A DNA stretch of 64,000 nucleotides from Octopus vulgaris (lineage: Eukaryota). Location: positions 54,002,001-54,066,000 of the forward strand of contig OX597833.1 of the NCBI GenBank assembly GCA_951406725.2. Reading direction: 5' to 3'. Position numbers and translations under genes: made by a program. Shown here piece by piece: positions 11,446 to 25,977 of this stretch. The first letter of the stretch is position 1, and each line of letters begins with the position of its first letter. Below the pieces are notes generated by a model. That model did not search any database, was not told where the DNA came from, and saw only the letters and a list, made by a program, of their open reading frames with translations.

Positions 11446-11885
11446 TGTGTGTCAGTATTTGTCCCCCCAACATCGCTTGACAAGCGATGCTGGTGTGTTT
11501 ACATCCCTGTAACTTAGCAGTTTGGCAAAAGAGACCGATAGCATAAGTACTAGGCTTACATGGAATAAGTCTTGGGATTGATTTGCTCGACTAAAGGCGG
11601 TGCTCCAGCATGGACACAGTCACATGACTGAAACAATTAAAAGATCAAAAGACTATTTGTCAAAGATGGAGGAGATAAGATGTTAAAAATTTGTAAGGTG
11701 TGTGTGTCTGTGCTTGTCTTGGCATCATCGCTTGACAACTGATGCTGGTGTGTTTTCATCCCTGTAATTTAGTGGTTCAGCAAAAGAGACTGATAGAATA
11801 AGTATTTGGCTTACAAAGAATAAGTCCTTAGATCGATTCGTTGGCCACAATCAAATAACTGAAACAAGTAAAAGAATAAAAGAAG
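11247..11885 (+). mobile_element. SINE family A (5'-truncated) plus a second degenerate 3' half
   Basis: Sequence identity to the other A copies. Confidence 0.85.
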
Positions 11886-12393
11886 AGAATACCATGCTCA
11901 AATGCACTGCAATTTGTCAGAATAAGTTGGCCAAAAGTGCATGAAATGCATGATTCAAGACATTCCAGTTATGACCAACCAGCCTATTTTTTCCAGACAT
12001 AGTCTATCTCAGATTACATTGTCCATTATGTCCTTCTTACATTTCATTTTTTTTAAAAACTCATGTGATTGGAAAGAAACAGAGCTGCTATTTCTAGCAG
12101 TTAAAGCGATCACGTAGAAGCTTCATTGGCTTTTGTGGTTCACCATGGTGAGAATGTATTCCAGTTTTACACAAAAATAGAAAATACCTGTGACATTAGT
12201 TATATTTTTAAACAACTGGTTTGGTTATTATTATTGTTGTTATTTAACCCTGGGTCAATCTTAGACTAGGAGTCCTACGATCGAAGAGATTCTACCCATG
12301 ACAATCCTGTTTCTTCCCGGGCATAGCTTATCTGAGAATACATTATCCGATATGCCCTTCCTTCTATTTTCCACCCATCTTTAAAAAAAAAAA

Positions 12394-12554
12394 TGCAGGA
12401 GTGGCTGTGTGGTAAGTAGCTTGCTAACCAACCACATGGTTCCGGGTTCAGTCCCACTGCGTGGCATCTTGGGCAAGTGTCTTCTGCTATAGCCCAGGGC
12501 CGACCAATGCCTTGTGAGTGGATTTGGTAGACAGAAACTGAAAGAAGCCCGTCG

Positions 12555-12593
<39 letters not shown>

Positions 12594-12690
12594 TTGTGTG
12601 TCTGTGTTTGTCCCCCTAGCATTGCTTGACAACCAATGCTGGTGTGTTTACGTCCCCGTTACTTAGCGGTTCGGCAAAACTAAAAGAGTA
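12394..12690 (+). mobile_element. SINE family A with 3' internal deletion
   Basis: Head and core intact, then jumps from ggttcggcaaaa to taaaagagta. Confidence 0.9.
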
Positions 12691-12999
12691 AATGGAAGTG
12701 TGATTTGAGAGAGATTTGGCTGCTATTTCTAGCAGTTTGGGTGGCTATGTATAAAAAAGCCTTTTTATTCGCTTGTCGTGTGGTTTCACAATGGTGAGAA
12801 TGTATTCCAGTTCTAGACGAAAATAGAAAATATAAAGAGCTATATTAGTTACATCTCTATTATTGTTTACATGCCATAGGACATGTGTAACAAAACAGAA
12901 AAGAAAAACAGGTACAGGAATCTGGCTTCGCTCTCCTCACCTCACCTCCGCCATGCACAGAATACGTTAAACAACAACAACAACAACAACAACAGCAAC

Positions 13000-13040
<41 letters not shown>

Positions 13041-13310
13041 TGATCATAATACATTTATTCAGATGTTCTTTTTTATCCAGTGTTATTTATTATTCATCTT
13101 GATATTGATCAGAATATATCATTCACGCTTCTATTAACGATATATGACATTGATTCAATCGTTATTTCTAACCTGCTGCATATCAACAACTTATACTAAA
13201 CATTTATACTAAACATGAAATCGTTTTTAAACTGTAGATACATCAACAGAAGCATTTTCCAAACTCTTTTGTGCCCTGAAATGCTGAAATTTCTGAAATA
13301 CTCTGCTTCG

Positions 13311-13594
<284 letters not shown>

Positions 13595-13673
13595 TTAATA
13601 TTAATATAGATAAAACCATATATTTATAAACAAACAAGGAAAGACTTAATCAATACATAAAAATTTTGAATAT

Positions 13674-13716
<43 letters not shown>

Positions 13717-13797
13717 TATTAAAAATTTTTATGTATTGATTAAGTCTTTCCTTGTTTGTTTTGCAAAAAGTGGTTTTCATCTCGAATTAATATTATA
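13595..13797. repeat. Inverted repeat (~80-bp arms) around (TTTA)n
   Basis: caaacaaggaaagacttaatcaatacataaaaa / tttttatgtattgattaagtctttccttgtttg; a single arm also occurs at 45660-45745. Confidence 0.85.
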
Positions 13798-13882
13798 TAA
13801 TATTTTACTATAAAAGATTTAATCCTAAATCTGATTTTTTCCTAAAATAAATTTGGATTTATTCCCTAATATTTATTATATG

Positions 13883-13921
<39 letters not shown>

Positions 13922-13936
13922 TATATATATATATAT

Positions 13937-13981
<45 letters not shown>

Positions 13982-14077
13982 GGGAAGGTTTACGAAAATA
14001 AACAAAAGACGAAGGCAGGTAGAGTACAAACAAACAATTGAATTAGTATGGTGCTCAGGAATAGAAATAAAACAAGT

Positions 14078-14113
14078 CTTTTACGTTTCGAGCCTACGCT
14101 CGTCGACAGAAAG
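14078..14113 (-). ncRNA. Variant minimal hammerhead motif
   Basis: cttt ctgtcga c gagc gtag gctc GAAA cg ta aaag; homologue at 62161-62196 (+). Core deviates from CUGANGA. Confidence 0.5.
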
Positions 14114-14171
14114 ATACACAGAAAAGAAACAAGGAGAGAAAAATAAAATGCATGTAGGAGCTAACGGTCCA

Positions 14172-14381
14172 TCAGTCATTTGACTATGGCCATGCTGGAA
14201 CACCGCCTTTAATCAAGTAAATCAACCCCAGGACTTATTCTTTGCAAGCCTAGTACTTATTCTATCGATCTCTTCTACCGAACCGCTGAGTTACGGGGAC
14301 GTAAACACACCAGCATTGGTTGTCAAGAGATGTTGGGGGACAAACACAGACACACAAACACACACACACACATACACACTG

Positions 14382-14427
<46 letters not shown>

Positions 14428-14587
14428 GACAGGCTTCTTTCAGTTTCCGTCTACCAAATCCACTCACAAGGCTTTCGTTGGCCCGAGGCTATAGTAGAAA
14501 ACACTTACCCAAGGTGCCACGCAGTGGGACTGAACCCGGAACCATGTAGTTGGTAAGCAAGCTACTTACCATGCAGCCACTCACACG

Positions 14588-14590
<3 letters not shown>
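14172..14590 (-). mobile_element. SINE family A, near full length
   Basis: Reverse complement of the A consensus. Confidence 0.9.
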
Positions 14591-14628
<38 letters not shown>

Positions 14629-14855
14629 CTGTTTCGCTGTTTGTTTGTTATCTTGTCCCTAAGCCAGCTGTGACTTCACAATATCAAGAATAAAGAAGGT
14701 GGTACCTGTTTGCAGCTACATGGACTAAGCTATTGAGAATTATGTGTCATGGAGTAAACATGCTGCAGCACTGATGGCTGCTATGAATGTATCAAGTTCA
14801 CCTTGTTGTGACTCATGGCTAAATATATGTATGTATGTATACTCATCCATAAACA

Positions 14856-14900
<45 letters not shown>

Positions 14901-14989
14901 ATAGATCCAAAAGTGTGCATCTATATGCATACACATATATATACACATATATGTGTATCCATATGCATGCACACACACACATATATATA

Positions 14990-15057
<68 letters not shown>

Positions 15058-15248
15058 TGCCCCATGGCATGGCCACAGCTCGTGAGCTGAAACTAGAATC
15101 AATGAATATATATATATATTTATATATATATATGTAAATATATATATATATATACACACACACGTCTATACATGTAGTTACGACCAGTCTTTGACTTCAA
15201 GCTTATGTAAATCAGTTCCTCCACCACCACCACCACCACCACCACCAG

Positions 15249-15293
<45 letters not shown>

Positions 15294-15711
15294 CACCACC
15301 ACCACCACCACCACCATCAGCCCCCACATCACCACTACTACTATTACTACTAACATCAGCACTACCTCACCCACCACCACAACCACCACCATTACTATAT
15401 ATATATATATATATGTGTGTGTATTTATATCTATATACATGTGTGTAAACAAAAAGCAACCTAAATGACCATCCCTAGTTCCTGTTCCACAAAGTTACCC
15501 CAAAACTTCCGATATGTACCCTATTATGACTCACAACAGCTACATATCACTTCTCTACCTCTCTTTCTTTTTCCCCTCCCTCTTCTTCTTTCTTTCTTTC
15601 TTTCTTTCTTTCTTAGTTCTTACTCCACTACGACTATCACTGCTATTAAACAGCTGATTAACTCGCTAGAAATAGCAACCAAATCTCCCTCTAATTGTGC
15701 CCCAGAGAACC

Positions 15712-15746
<35 letters not shown>

Positions 15747-15867
15747 GTTGGGACGATCATGATTGGAACACCATTGATTTTAGATCTGTTTGATCAGAGC
15801 TGCCCTGGGGCTAAACATCACCACCACCACCACAAACTCACAACACACATACACCACATATATATAT

Positions 15868-15924
<57 letters not shown>

Positions 15925-15944
15925 TTATATATTTATATATACGA

Positions 15945-16521
15945 TGGAATGCTTTCAGTTTCCATCTACCAAATCACAAGGCTTTGGTTAGCCCCCCGCC
16001 GAGGCTATAGTTGAAGACACTTGCCCAAGGTGCCCCGCAGTACGACTGAACCCAGAACCATGTGGTAGGGAAGCAAGCTTCTTTTATTTTTTTCTTTATT
16101 GGCCACAAGGCGCTAAACATAGAGGGGACAAACAAGGGGATTAAGTCGATTACATCGACCCCAGTGCATAACTGGTACTTAATTTATCGACCCAGAAAGG
16201 ATGAAAGGCAAAATTGACCTCGGCAGAATTTGAACTCAGAACATAACAGCAGATGAAATACCTATTTCTTTATTACCCACAAGAGGCTAAACACAGAGGA
16301 GACAAACAAGGACAGACATAGGCATTAAGTCGATTACATCGACCCCAGAGCGTAACTGGTACTTAATTTACCGACCCGGAAAGGATGAAAGGCAAAGTCG
16401 ACCTCGGCAGAATTTGAACTCAGAATGTAACGGCAAACGAAATACTGAGAAGCATTTCACCCGGCATGCTAACGTTTCTGCCTGCTCGCCGCCTTCTTAC
16501 CACACAGCCACTTCTGTGCCT
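15945..16521 (-). mobile_element. SINE A interrupted by a SINE B dimer (16085-16494)
   Basis: A head split at taagaag; cttctt on both sides of the B dimer. Confidence 0.88.
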
Positions 16522-16670
16522 ACTGTTCACTTCCTGTAAATATTCTATGTACAGTTCATTCAGTTTTGGTTACTTTTTTTCTGATGAGCTGCTGTGCACC
16601 TGAGCAGTGTACACAATAAATTCATTATTATATTATTACACCAGCTCCGTTTTAACATCGGTTCCCTTAA

Positions 16671-16891
16671 CCCTTTAGTGTTCGTATTATTCTGCCAAAG
16701 TTAATCCTTTTCCACCCTCATTGTTTTGAACTAATCATGCATTATCTTGGTGCTATGAGATTTTGATGAGGTAGCTGTTAATTTTTAAAACGATATTGTA
16801 GGGTTGGTGTGAGAGACCAGATCTGGCCAGTTTGAACATAGAATAAGTAGAATACTTTTGGCTGGATATGGCCGGTTTAAATACTAAAGGG
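16671..16891. mobile_element. piggyBac-type MITE
   Basis: TTAA|ccctttagtgtt … aatactaaaggg|TTAA: TTAA on both flanks, CCC/GGG termini, 11/12 TIR match. Confidence 0.8.
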
Positions 16892-16978
16892 TTAAGCTGT
16901 TACATACTGTATTCAATGGCATATAAAACAAACTTTTTTTTTCTGAAAATTCTCGCAAAAATCACTCTGGGTCTCATG

Positions 16979-17192
16979 CAGGAGTGCAGAAAAGTTCCTG
17001 ATTTTGGGTAAAAGAAAATACAGGAGGATCAGTAAATTATGATTTTATACAATATACTCCCCTCCCAGATTCACACACTTATTGCAGCAGACCTTCAATT
17101 TTCCCAAGTCTATAAAAGAGCTCAGAAGTTTGGACCTTGAACCAGGCCTTTTACAATAGCCTTAAAGCCAGGAACTTTTCAACACCACCCTG
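16979..17192. mobile_element. Mariner-derived MITE (same family as 7359-7587)
   Basis: TIRs gaaaagttcctg / caggaacttttc, ends …ctg-TA. Confidence 0.8.
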
Positions 17193-17699
17193 TATATCCA
17201 AAGTTGGGCCTATGATAAGATTTACTGCTTTAAAAAATTTTTTCTCCTGAATATGCACTGTCTAATATGTCCATGTGTCTTTTATGCCATCAAATACGGT
17301 ACTTCCTATGTCTGCAGTACAGCATTCTGTCTCACTAGTAGTCTTGGTCTTAGGTCATCTTGACCTAGTGTCTCAAAGTTTAACCTCACCATATTCTCCC
17401 TGTTCCCATCATCTTCCTTCAGGCATCTTCTGTCATGGATGCCCTTTACTGACAGCTCACATCACACATCGCTCAGTGCTCAGCACCATCATCCATTCGC
17501 ATTTCGTGTCTCTATGCTGTCAACATGAGTCTTTTCTGATCACATGCATTTAATGCTTTTAATGCTCAGCTGTTATCTCAGCTCACATGTGTTGCACAGA
17601 TTTACATGAGTCAACAAAGGAGCCACAACATGGTCATTCATCATGCTAGAAACAGCAGCCAAATTTTTTAACATCTTGAAAATTCCAACTGCCGCAGTT

Positions 17700-17997
17700 T
17701 TTAATTTATCAACACTGAAAGGATGAAAGGCAAAGTCGACCTTGGTAGAATTTGAACTCAGAATGTAGCGGCAGATGAAATACCTATTTCTGTATTACCC
17801 ACAAGGGGCTAAACATAGAGAGGACAAACAAGGACAGACGAAGGGAATTGAGTTGATTACATCGACACTTAAATTATCAACCCTGAAAGGATGAAAGCAA
17901 AGTCGACCACGGTGGAATTTGAACTCAGAACGTAACGGCAGATGAAATACCGCTAAGCATTTCACCCAGCGTGCTAACGTTTCTGCCAGCTTGCAGC
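17700..17997 (-). mobile_element. SINE family B (head plus ~1.5 bodies)
   Basis: Reverse complement of the B consensus. Confidence 0.85.
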
Positions 17998-18520
17998 TTT
18001 ACGCCTAGTGTTTATATTAAAAGGATATCAGATATTGAGGTAGCCTGAAAGAAAGATAGATACGCTATGATGCTCTTGATGAAGAGAAGCTAGAGTAACT
18101 GTGGGGTGAGAGGGTCATTGAGAGAAACAGAGGTGGTGGTGTGTAGTAGAGAGGATGAATGCACTGAAGGAAAGACAGAAAGAGAGGCAGAAAAGTACAC
18201 ACACACACACACACATACACATATCACAGATGCACATACACACACTTACATACACACACACACACATTTACATACATACACAAATACACACATTTTTAAA
18301 CAGAAAACAGGAAAAATGGTATTATTTATTCTGCATTACATATTTATAAGTAATATATATTTATATATATATGTATATATTTATGTATGTATGTATGTGT
18401 ATATGTATGTATATGTGTATGTTTGCGTGTGTGTGTGCATATGTGTATGTGTTTACATATATATATATACATATACATATATGCGTATATATATATATAT
18501 CATGATGATGAGACATATAA

Positions 18521-18568
<48 letters not shown>

Positions 18569-18744
18569 ATACACATACACATATATATTTTTTTATACAT
18601 ACATACATGCATATATATATATATATATATATATATCTATATAGACACATGTATTCATATATTTTTATACATACATGCGTACATATAAATAAATGAATAA
18701 ATGAATAAATAAATATATATGTAAATATATATGTATATATCTAT

Positions 18745-18785
<41 letters not shown>

Positions 18786-18787
18786 AA

Positions 18788-18827
<40 letters not shown>

Positions 18828-19368
18828 TATACGTAATATGTATGTAATATGTATTGTATGTGTGATTACAATATTGGATTGGGTGTTGAAAAAAAAAACC
18901 TGTTAGATCTTTGACAATGATTGCGAGCCCCTAATTTCAAATAAAATCTATAAAAGAGAATAACTGTAGATGTGAGGTAACTACAGGGAATAACAATAAT
19001 GATAATAATAATAATAAAAGCTATAACAATAACAACAACAACGATAATAACAATAATAATAATGATGACAATAATGATAATAATAATTATAATAATATTG
19101 AATGCTGAAAAACGTACAATTATCAGAAATGACATACAGCTATTAAATTTATTGAATAAAATATAGATGCAATGAAATTGTGGAGCAAATCACATGAAAA
19201 ATAGATATTAATGATAAAGTTCTTATGAGAGAATCATACAAAGAAAATTGTGTAGGAAATTTGCATGCGCAGGGGAAAAACAGTTTTCGGTTTAAATATG
19301 CATGCAATTAAATTGTACACAACAAAATTTGCATTAACAATGCAACATACATACATATGTATGAGTGA

Positions 19369-19369
<1 letters not shown>

Positions 19370-19414
<45 letters not shown>

Positions 19415-19503
19415 GTGTATGTGTGTATATATATGTATATGTATATGTATATATATATATTTGTATATATATATGTATGTATATATATATGTGTGTATAT
19501 ATA

Positions 19504-19536
<33 letters not shown>

Positions 19537-19699
19537 GCATATATATAGACATACGTATATATATATATACATATGTCTATATATTTGTATATATATACAT
19601 ATATATATGTATATATATATGTATGTATATATATATGTATATATATATGTATATATATATGTATATATATGTATATATATACATATATGTATGTATATA

Positions 19700-19780
<81 letters not shown>

Positions 19781-19799
19781 GTATATATATATGTATATA

Positions 19800-19840
<41 letters not shown>

Positions 19841-19991
19841 GTGTGTGTGTGTGTGTGTATATATATATGTATATGTATATGTATGTATATGTATGTCTAT
19901 ATATATATGTATTGATAGAAATGGCAAAACAACAAAAGAATGAAAGATACCTCAATATTATGTAAATAGAGGAATTTATCTGTATTGAGGA

Positions 19992-20040
<49 letters not shown>

Positions 20041-20095
20041 CATATGTATCTATGTATATATTTATATACATATATATTTAAATATGTATTTATAT
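19370..20095. repeat. Long compound (TA)n/(TG)n microsatellite
   Basis: Directly visible. Confidence 0.95.
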
Positions 20096-20097
20096 AC

Positions 20098-20560
20098 ATC
20101 ATCATCATCGTTTAACGTCCGCTTTCCATGCTAGCATGGGTTGGACGGTTCAACTGGGGTCTGGGGAGCCCGAAGGCTGCACCAGGCCAGTCAGATCTGG
20201 CAGTGTTTCTACAGCTGGATGCCCTTCCTAATGCCAACCACTCCGAGAGTGTAGTGGGTGATTTTATGTGCCACTGACACAGGTGCCAGACGAGGCTGGC
20301 GAACGGCCACGCTCGGATGGTGTTTTTTATGTGCCACCGACACAGGTGCCAGACGAGGCTGGCAAACGGCCACGATCGGATGGTGTTTGTTACGTGCCCA
20401 CAGCACGAAGGTCATTCGATGTGGTACTGGCTACGGCCACATTTGGATGGTTTTCTTATGTGCCACCGGCACTGGTACCACAAAGATACAAATTCCATTG
20501 ATGTTCATCTATTTTGATTTGGTTTGATTTTCACTTGCCTCAACAGGTCTTCACAAGTGT

Positions 20561-20565
<5 letters not shown>
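20098..20565 (-). mobile_element. RTE LINE 3' UTR (family C) with four ~60-bp units
   Basis: (GAT)n tail on the minus strand, ggaagggcattcagctgtagaaac-type motif; its 5' part (cttgtgaagacctgttgaggcaagtgaaa) matches the RTE 3' UTR at ~31775-31800. Confidence 0.85.
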
Positions 20566-20632
<67 letters not shown>

Positions 20633-20672
20633 TCATGTATAGTATATAACATGTTCATATATGCATACATAA

Positions 20673-20703
<31 letters not shown>

Positions 20704-20749
20704 TATATATAATGCATTCATGTATACATATATATATATATATATGGAG

Positions 20750-21030
20750 GCAATGACTGTGACTTGGCTTTATATCGTGCTTGAGAAGACCCTTCAAGGC
20801 CAGCATAATTGCAGTTGTGGCAGATACCAGTCTCATGTAAGTGGCACCCGTGCCAGTGGCACATAATAGCATCCAATACACTCTTGGAGTGGTTGGCATC
20901 ATGAAGGGCATCCAGCTGTACAAAACCATGTCAAATGAGACATGGAGTCTGATGCAGCCTTCAAGCTTACCAGCCCTGGTCAAGCTGTGCAAGCCATGCC
21001 AGGATGGACAACAGACATTAGATGATGATG
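20750..21030 (+). mobile_element. RTE 3' UTR (family C), older copy
   Basis: gtgccagtggcacataatagcatcc…gagtggttggcatcatgaagggcatccagctgta…gatgatgatg. Confidence 0.75.
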
Positions 21031-21037
21031 ATGTACA

Positions 21038-21427
21038 AGTGTGGCTGTGTGGCAAGAAGGCGGTGAGCTGGCAGAAACGTTAGCACACTGGGTGAAATGT
21101 TTAGCTGTATTTCGCCTGTCGCTACGTTCTGAGTTCAAATTCCACCAAGGTCGACTTTGTCTTTCATCCTTTTGGGGGTTGATAAATTAAGTACAATTTA
21201 GGAAAAGGAGTCGACGTAATCGACTTAGTCCCTTTGTCTGTCTTTCTTTGTCCCCTCTATGTTTAGCCCCTTGTGGGCGATAAAGAAATAAGAAGTTATC
21301 TTCTCAACCACATCATTGTGGGTTCAGTCCCACTGCCTGGAACCTTGGACAAGTAACTTCTGTTATAGCCTAGGGCCAACCAAATCCGTGTGAGTGGATT
21401 TGGTAGACGAAAACTGAAGGAATCGCT

Positions 21428-21430
<3 letters not shown>
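21038..21430 (+). mobile_element. SINE A interrupted by a SINE B monomer (21058-21292)
   Basis: A head ends caagaag and resumes after taagaag. Confidence 0.85.
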
Positions 21431-21461
<31 letters not shown>

Positions 21462-22316
21462 ATGTATGTATGTATGTACATGTATGTATGTATGTATGTA
21501 TGTATGTATGTATGTATGGATGTATGTATGTATGTATGTATGTATTTATGTATGTATGTATGTGTATATATATAATAACCATAACCAATTACCTCCACTT
21601 ATTTTTCTACTTGTGAAGTCATTCACTCATAAATATCATCACACACAATATTGACAAAAATTTCTTCTTAAGAAAATACATGTTCAAATAAATAAACTTT
21701 AATATCATGAATAGCAAAGGTGAAACCGGTCGATATATTAAAAATTATATTAAAACTATGTAAATTGTGTGTATTTACCTTTTTTAATTTCTTATATATA
21801 TTACAACTTACCACGTGGGGATAATTGAAATTCCTCCATTTCTGTTACTATATATATATATAACGAGTTATGCTAGTATGGCAGGGCACTGAAATTGCTA
21901 TACCCATCTATAATATTATACTCCTGATCCTGATCCAGCGTTATATACAAATAAATTTGAAGTAAATAAGATGAGTTTGGGAGAAGAGCTACTAGACACA
22001 GGACCTGAAGCAGAGCTTGTGAGCAATGGGGAGATGGATGTAGTGGGAATTGTAATAACATTAATGAAGTTAAATTAAGTTAGCATTCTGAATTGGTATA
22101 GAGATAAGAAAATAAACAAAATGAAAATAAATATTTGAGCACATACAGATTCTGTGTGTGTGTGTTTGTGTGTGAGTGTGTATGTGTGTGTGGAAGGCGA
22201 TGGAGGATGGTGAAAGATGTAGAAATACCATTATCAAAGAAATCAGAAGATATCATTAAATGTGGTATAGCTGTCATCGGTAAGGTAGTAATAACTATTT
22301 AAGTGGTTGGGTGTGA

Positions 22317-22399
<83 letters not shown>

Positions 22400-23162
22400 C
22401 ACCAAAGATCTGGCTTCTAATTTTATTGAACTGATAGTATTGCAATTTTTTTTGCTTGTGTTTGTTACGATGTTGGGTAAGAATGTTTAGTATAGATGAG
22501 CAAGTGTGTGTATGTGTGTGTGTATGTGTGTATGCGTTTGTGTGTATGTGTGTGTGTCTTTATGTGTGTGCGTCTTTGTGTTTGTGTGTGTATGTGTGTG
22601 AGTGTATGTGCACTTGTACATGTGCGTGTGTGTTCATGTGTGTTTGTATGTGTTTATGTGTGTGTGTATGTGTCTGTGTGTTTATGTATATTTGTGTGTG
22701 CCTGTTTGTGTGTTTGTGTTTGTGTGTGTGTGTGTGTGTGAGTGTTTGTGTTTGTATAGACATATGTTTGTCACTGCTCTTTTGCTTTGTCCTACAATAC
22801 AAATATCTTCTTTAAGTATATCTGTGTATATGTCTACATGTATGTACATATATATATTTGTATATGTCTGTAGATGCCCAAATGTTTATTATATATATAT
22901 ATATATATGTATTCATACATAGCTATATGTATAAGTATGTATATATATATTTTATATATGAGTTTGTATGTGTGTGCACACACACACACACATACTTATA
23001 ATGTATATATACTTACGTGCTTACATATATAGACATACATACATACATACACATATATATATATGTAAATATATATGTAATATATGTATATGTGTGTGGG
23101 CACACACTAATATGTATATAACTATGTATAAATGCATGCATATAAATGCACGTGCATATACA

Positions 23163-23206
<44 letters not shown>

Positions 23207-23499
23207 CACACACACAAGTAATTGCATACATATACACATGTACTTAAAGAACATCTTTTGATCACAGGACAAAGCAAAAATATAGTGACTAACAACTGTG
23301 CACACACACACACACGTGCACACATACACACAGGCACACAAATACATACACACACATACACACATGCATACAGACATACACACACACATACATGATTGTC
23401 TATGCTAAAGATTCTTACTCGACATCATAACAAACGCACAAAAAAACTGTTACAATACCATCAGCTCAATATATTAGAAGCCAGATATTTGGTAAAAGA

Positions 23500-23705
23500 A
23501 TTAGACATCGATGGCAGAGATCAATGCTTAGCACTCCATTGACCTCACATAACACTAAAAGACCATAAACAAAACTCCACCAACAAACTAACCCGCAGTT
23601 TCTGAATACTAAAATCGGTAGTATTAGCAAATAAATATTAGACGAAGTCATTATCAGTATAAAAAACGAACCCAGTCCTCCTTTATGGAAAAATACATCA
23701 AATAA
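23500..23705 (+). pseudogene. Penelope-like element reverse transcriptase relic
   Basis: HITLKDHKQNSTNKLTRSF…KIGSISK*ILDEVIISIKNEPSPPLWKNT resembles the PLE RT N-terminal ITLKDHK…IG.ISK.ILD…WKNT motif. Confidence 0.65.
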
Positions 23706-23737
23706 CAGCATTAACAAGAAGCACACAAACTTACACA

Positions 23738-24150
23738 CGCCATAAAACCTCGAGTATAGTCTGTCCTTGAGTATAATACGCAGGGGATTTTTAGGGGGCT
23801 GTACCTCTGAAAAACCCGAACCTTGTGTATAATACGCAAAGGACAGACAATTTAGTGGGAGATTTACATGGAAGATGGGGAGAAAGATATGGAAAAGATA
23901 GTGAAATATGATAAAAGTATACACGGTAAACAAAGTACCGTAAATCTTCGAGTATAGTCCATCCTTGAGTATAATACGCAGGGGATTTTTAGGGGGCTGT
24001 ACCTCTGAAAAACCTAAACCTTGTGTATAATATGCACCCCTTCTCTAACTTGAGTCAAGGAGGTCTATATAACGTCCTTGGTTTGTAAAAATGTATATAG
24101 TAACGTCCTTTATTATTTTTGTATATATAACATAATGCAAACGTGTAGCT
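23738..24150. mobile_element. pogo/Tigger-like MITE fragments (two adjacent partial copies)
   Basis: ~100-bp direct duplication (cgagtatagtc…ccttgagtataatacgcaggggatttttagggggctgtacctctgaaaaacc); second copy starts TA|ccgtaaatcttcgagtata. Confidence 0.6.
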
Positions 24151-24339
24151 TTTCTGATACAGCTTGGCACCAGTGACATCGCAACTCATTTCTACAGCTG
24201 AGTGGACTGGAGCTTAGACAACTCACAACAGTTCCATAAGCAGAAATCATGGAAACTTCCTCCAAATATGCAAACACGAACCTCTAACCACTGAGCCATG
24301 TGCCTTCACAAGAATAAGAAACGACAATATATTCTGCAT

Positions 24340-25030
24340 ATATGAGTGTGTTTGTGATTAGAAGTGACAAACATTATTGTTATAAATGTAAAGAAGGGAG
24401 ACATCATAACTGATCCCTGAGGTACACCAGAGTTGATGATATGAAGGTTGGAGAGAGCCTCATTGATGGGAGCTGTGACAGAGTGGTCTGAAAAGAAATT
24501 TTCAATCCAGAAATGTGAGACTGATGGATCCATATGCAAAGCAATTTTGCCAAAATATTCTGGCATTAGACATTAAAAAAAAAACCTAAAAAAAAACAAA
24601 CTTTGCTGATATCAAAAGCAACAACAAAATTTTCACCAAATTTCTCAAGAGTGAGAACAGGTAAGTATTGCATGAACGTAGATCCTTCCTGAGTCAGTAT
24701 AAATTCATAGGGCTAGTTTCCTAGTTTCTGAAGGGTGTATACTACCCACCTGGACGGAATCCTGGTTCATTGTAGGATTACTCTTTTTTGCAAAATGATG
24801 TGTTTAGCTCATACAATACATTGCCTGGTCCAGGAACTGAAACCAGAACCTTACAAACATCCTAACCACTGAGCCATGCTCTGCCATATTGCATGAATGT
24901 AGGTCTACTTAATTAGATATAGCTTTATGGAAATCATACTGGTGATCCCGGAGGAGAGAAATAGACTTTCAAAGTAATAAAAATCCTTTGGCTGTTTGCA
25001 ACTGTTTCCATTACCTTTGGAAGAAAATTC
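24340..25030 (-). pseudogene. Non-LTR retrotransposon RT relic (Jockey/CR1-like), interrupted by a SINE
   Basis: Minus-strand peptides LPKVMETVANSQ…DHQYDFHK, ENFVVAFDISK, WIENFFSDHSVTAPINEALSNLHIINSGVPQGSV. Confidence 0.8.
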
Positions 25031-25674
25031 TTCAGTTTGTTCAATGGAATAAAACACAGAAGTACCTCTCTATTGATTTCTGTAGGTAGACACGATGACT
25101 ATGAACGTCCTTTGAAGATCTGATACATATCCTTGACTGTTAGATGAACTGAAGTACAAAGTACAATGCACAAAGCTTTAGCTGTCTTGCTCGGGTCAAA
25201 ACAAAATGGCTGCAATAGCGATGAACTTGCGACATGTAAGCAGCTAATCCAATATTTTATCAGCTTGGACATTTTGCTTCTACTGCTAAAAGAAAAGAAA
25301 CATTAAATGGAACAAGATTCCTTCTAAATCAAAGATACAACAACAACAACAACAAATAAAGAAAACCCAATCATTTTATTTTATATTGGTGGTGTTTTTA
25401 ATGAAAAATTTAGTAAAATCTTTGCACTGTTCAAAAATAAATATGTATATATATAAATACATAAGGAAAGAAAAAAATTTATTGGAAAACTATAAGATCT
25501 TTTGAAAAAATTATTCAAAAATCATGTAAAAAAAGAAAGGAAGGAAGGTTTCTTTTCCTTTATTCTTGATAATGGTTGTTTTTTTTCTCCTCCTTTGAAT
25601 AGAGCTAAATTTTCACAAGTAGATTTTTATGTATTCATTTTGCATGTTTAAATTTAGATAAGGCATGATAGCTT

Positions 25675-25675
<1 letters not shown>

Positions 25676-25718
<43 letters not shown>

Positions 25719-25946
25719 TGTGTGTTTGTCTGTGTGTCTGTGTGTCTGTGTGTGTGTGTCTGTGTCTGTGTGTGTTTGTCTGTGTGTCAGTGTGTGTGTG
25801 AGAAAGAAAGAGAGAGAAAGAGTGTGGGTATGTGTGTGTAGATGAGAGTGTGTATATGAGACTGTATGTGTGTGTGTGTCAGTGTGTATGTGTGTGTATT
25901 TGTGTGTCTGTATGAGTATGTATGTGTGCATTAGAGTGTGTGTGAG

Positions 25947-25977
<31 letters not shown>

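Noticed and set aside
14745-14755. tgtcatggagt, matching the start of miR-281
   Set aside because: The match stops after 11 nt and there is no pairing arm.
22190-22285. Short plus-strand frame MVKDVEIPLSKKSEDIIKCGIAVI ending at G|GTAAG
   Set aside because: No acceptor or promoter evidence, no recognisable homology, flanked by (TG)n.
25113-25285. Minus-strand acceptor as a partner exon for the 29215 candidate
   Set aside because: The phase-compatible frame stops after 8 codons (TGA TAA).
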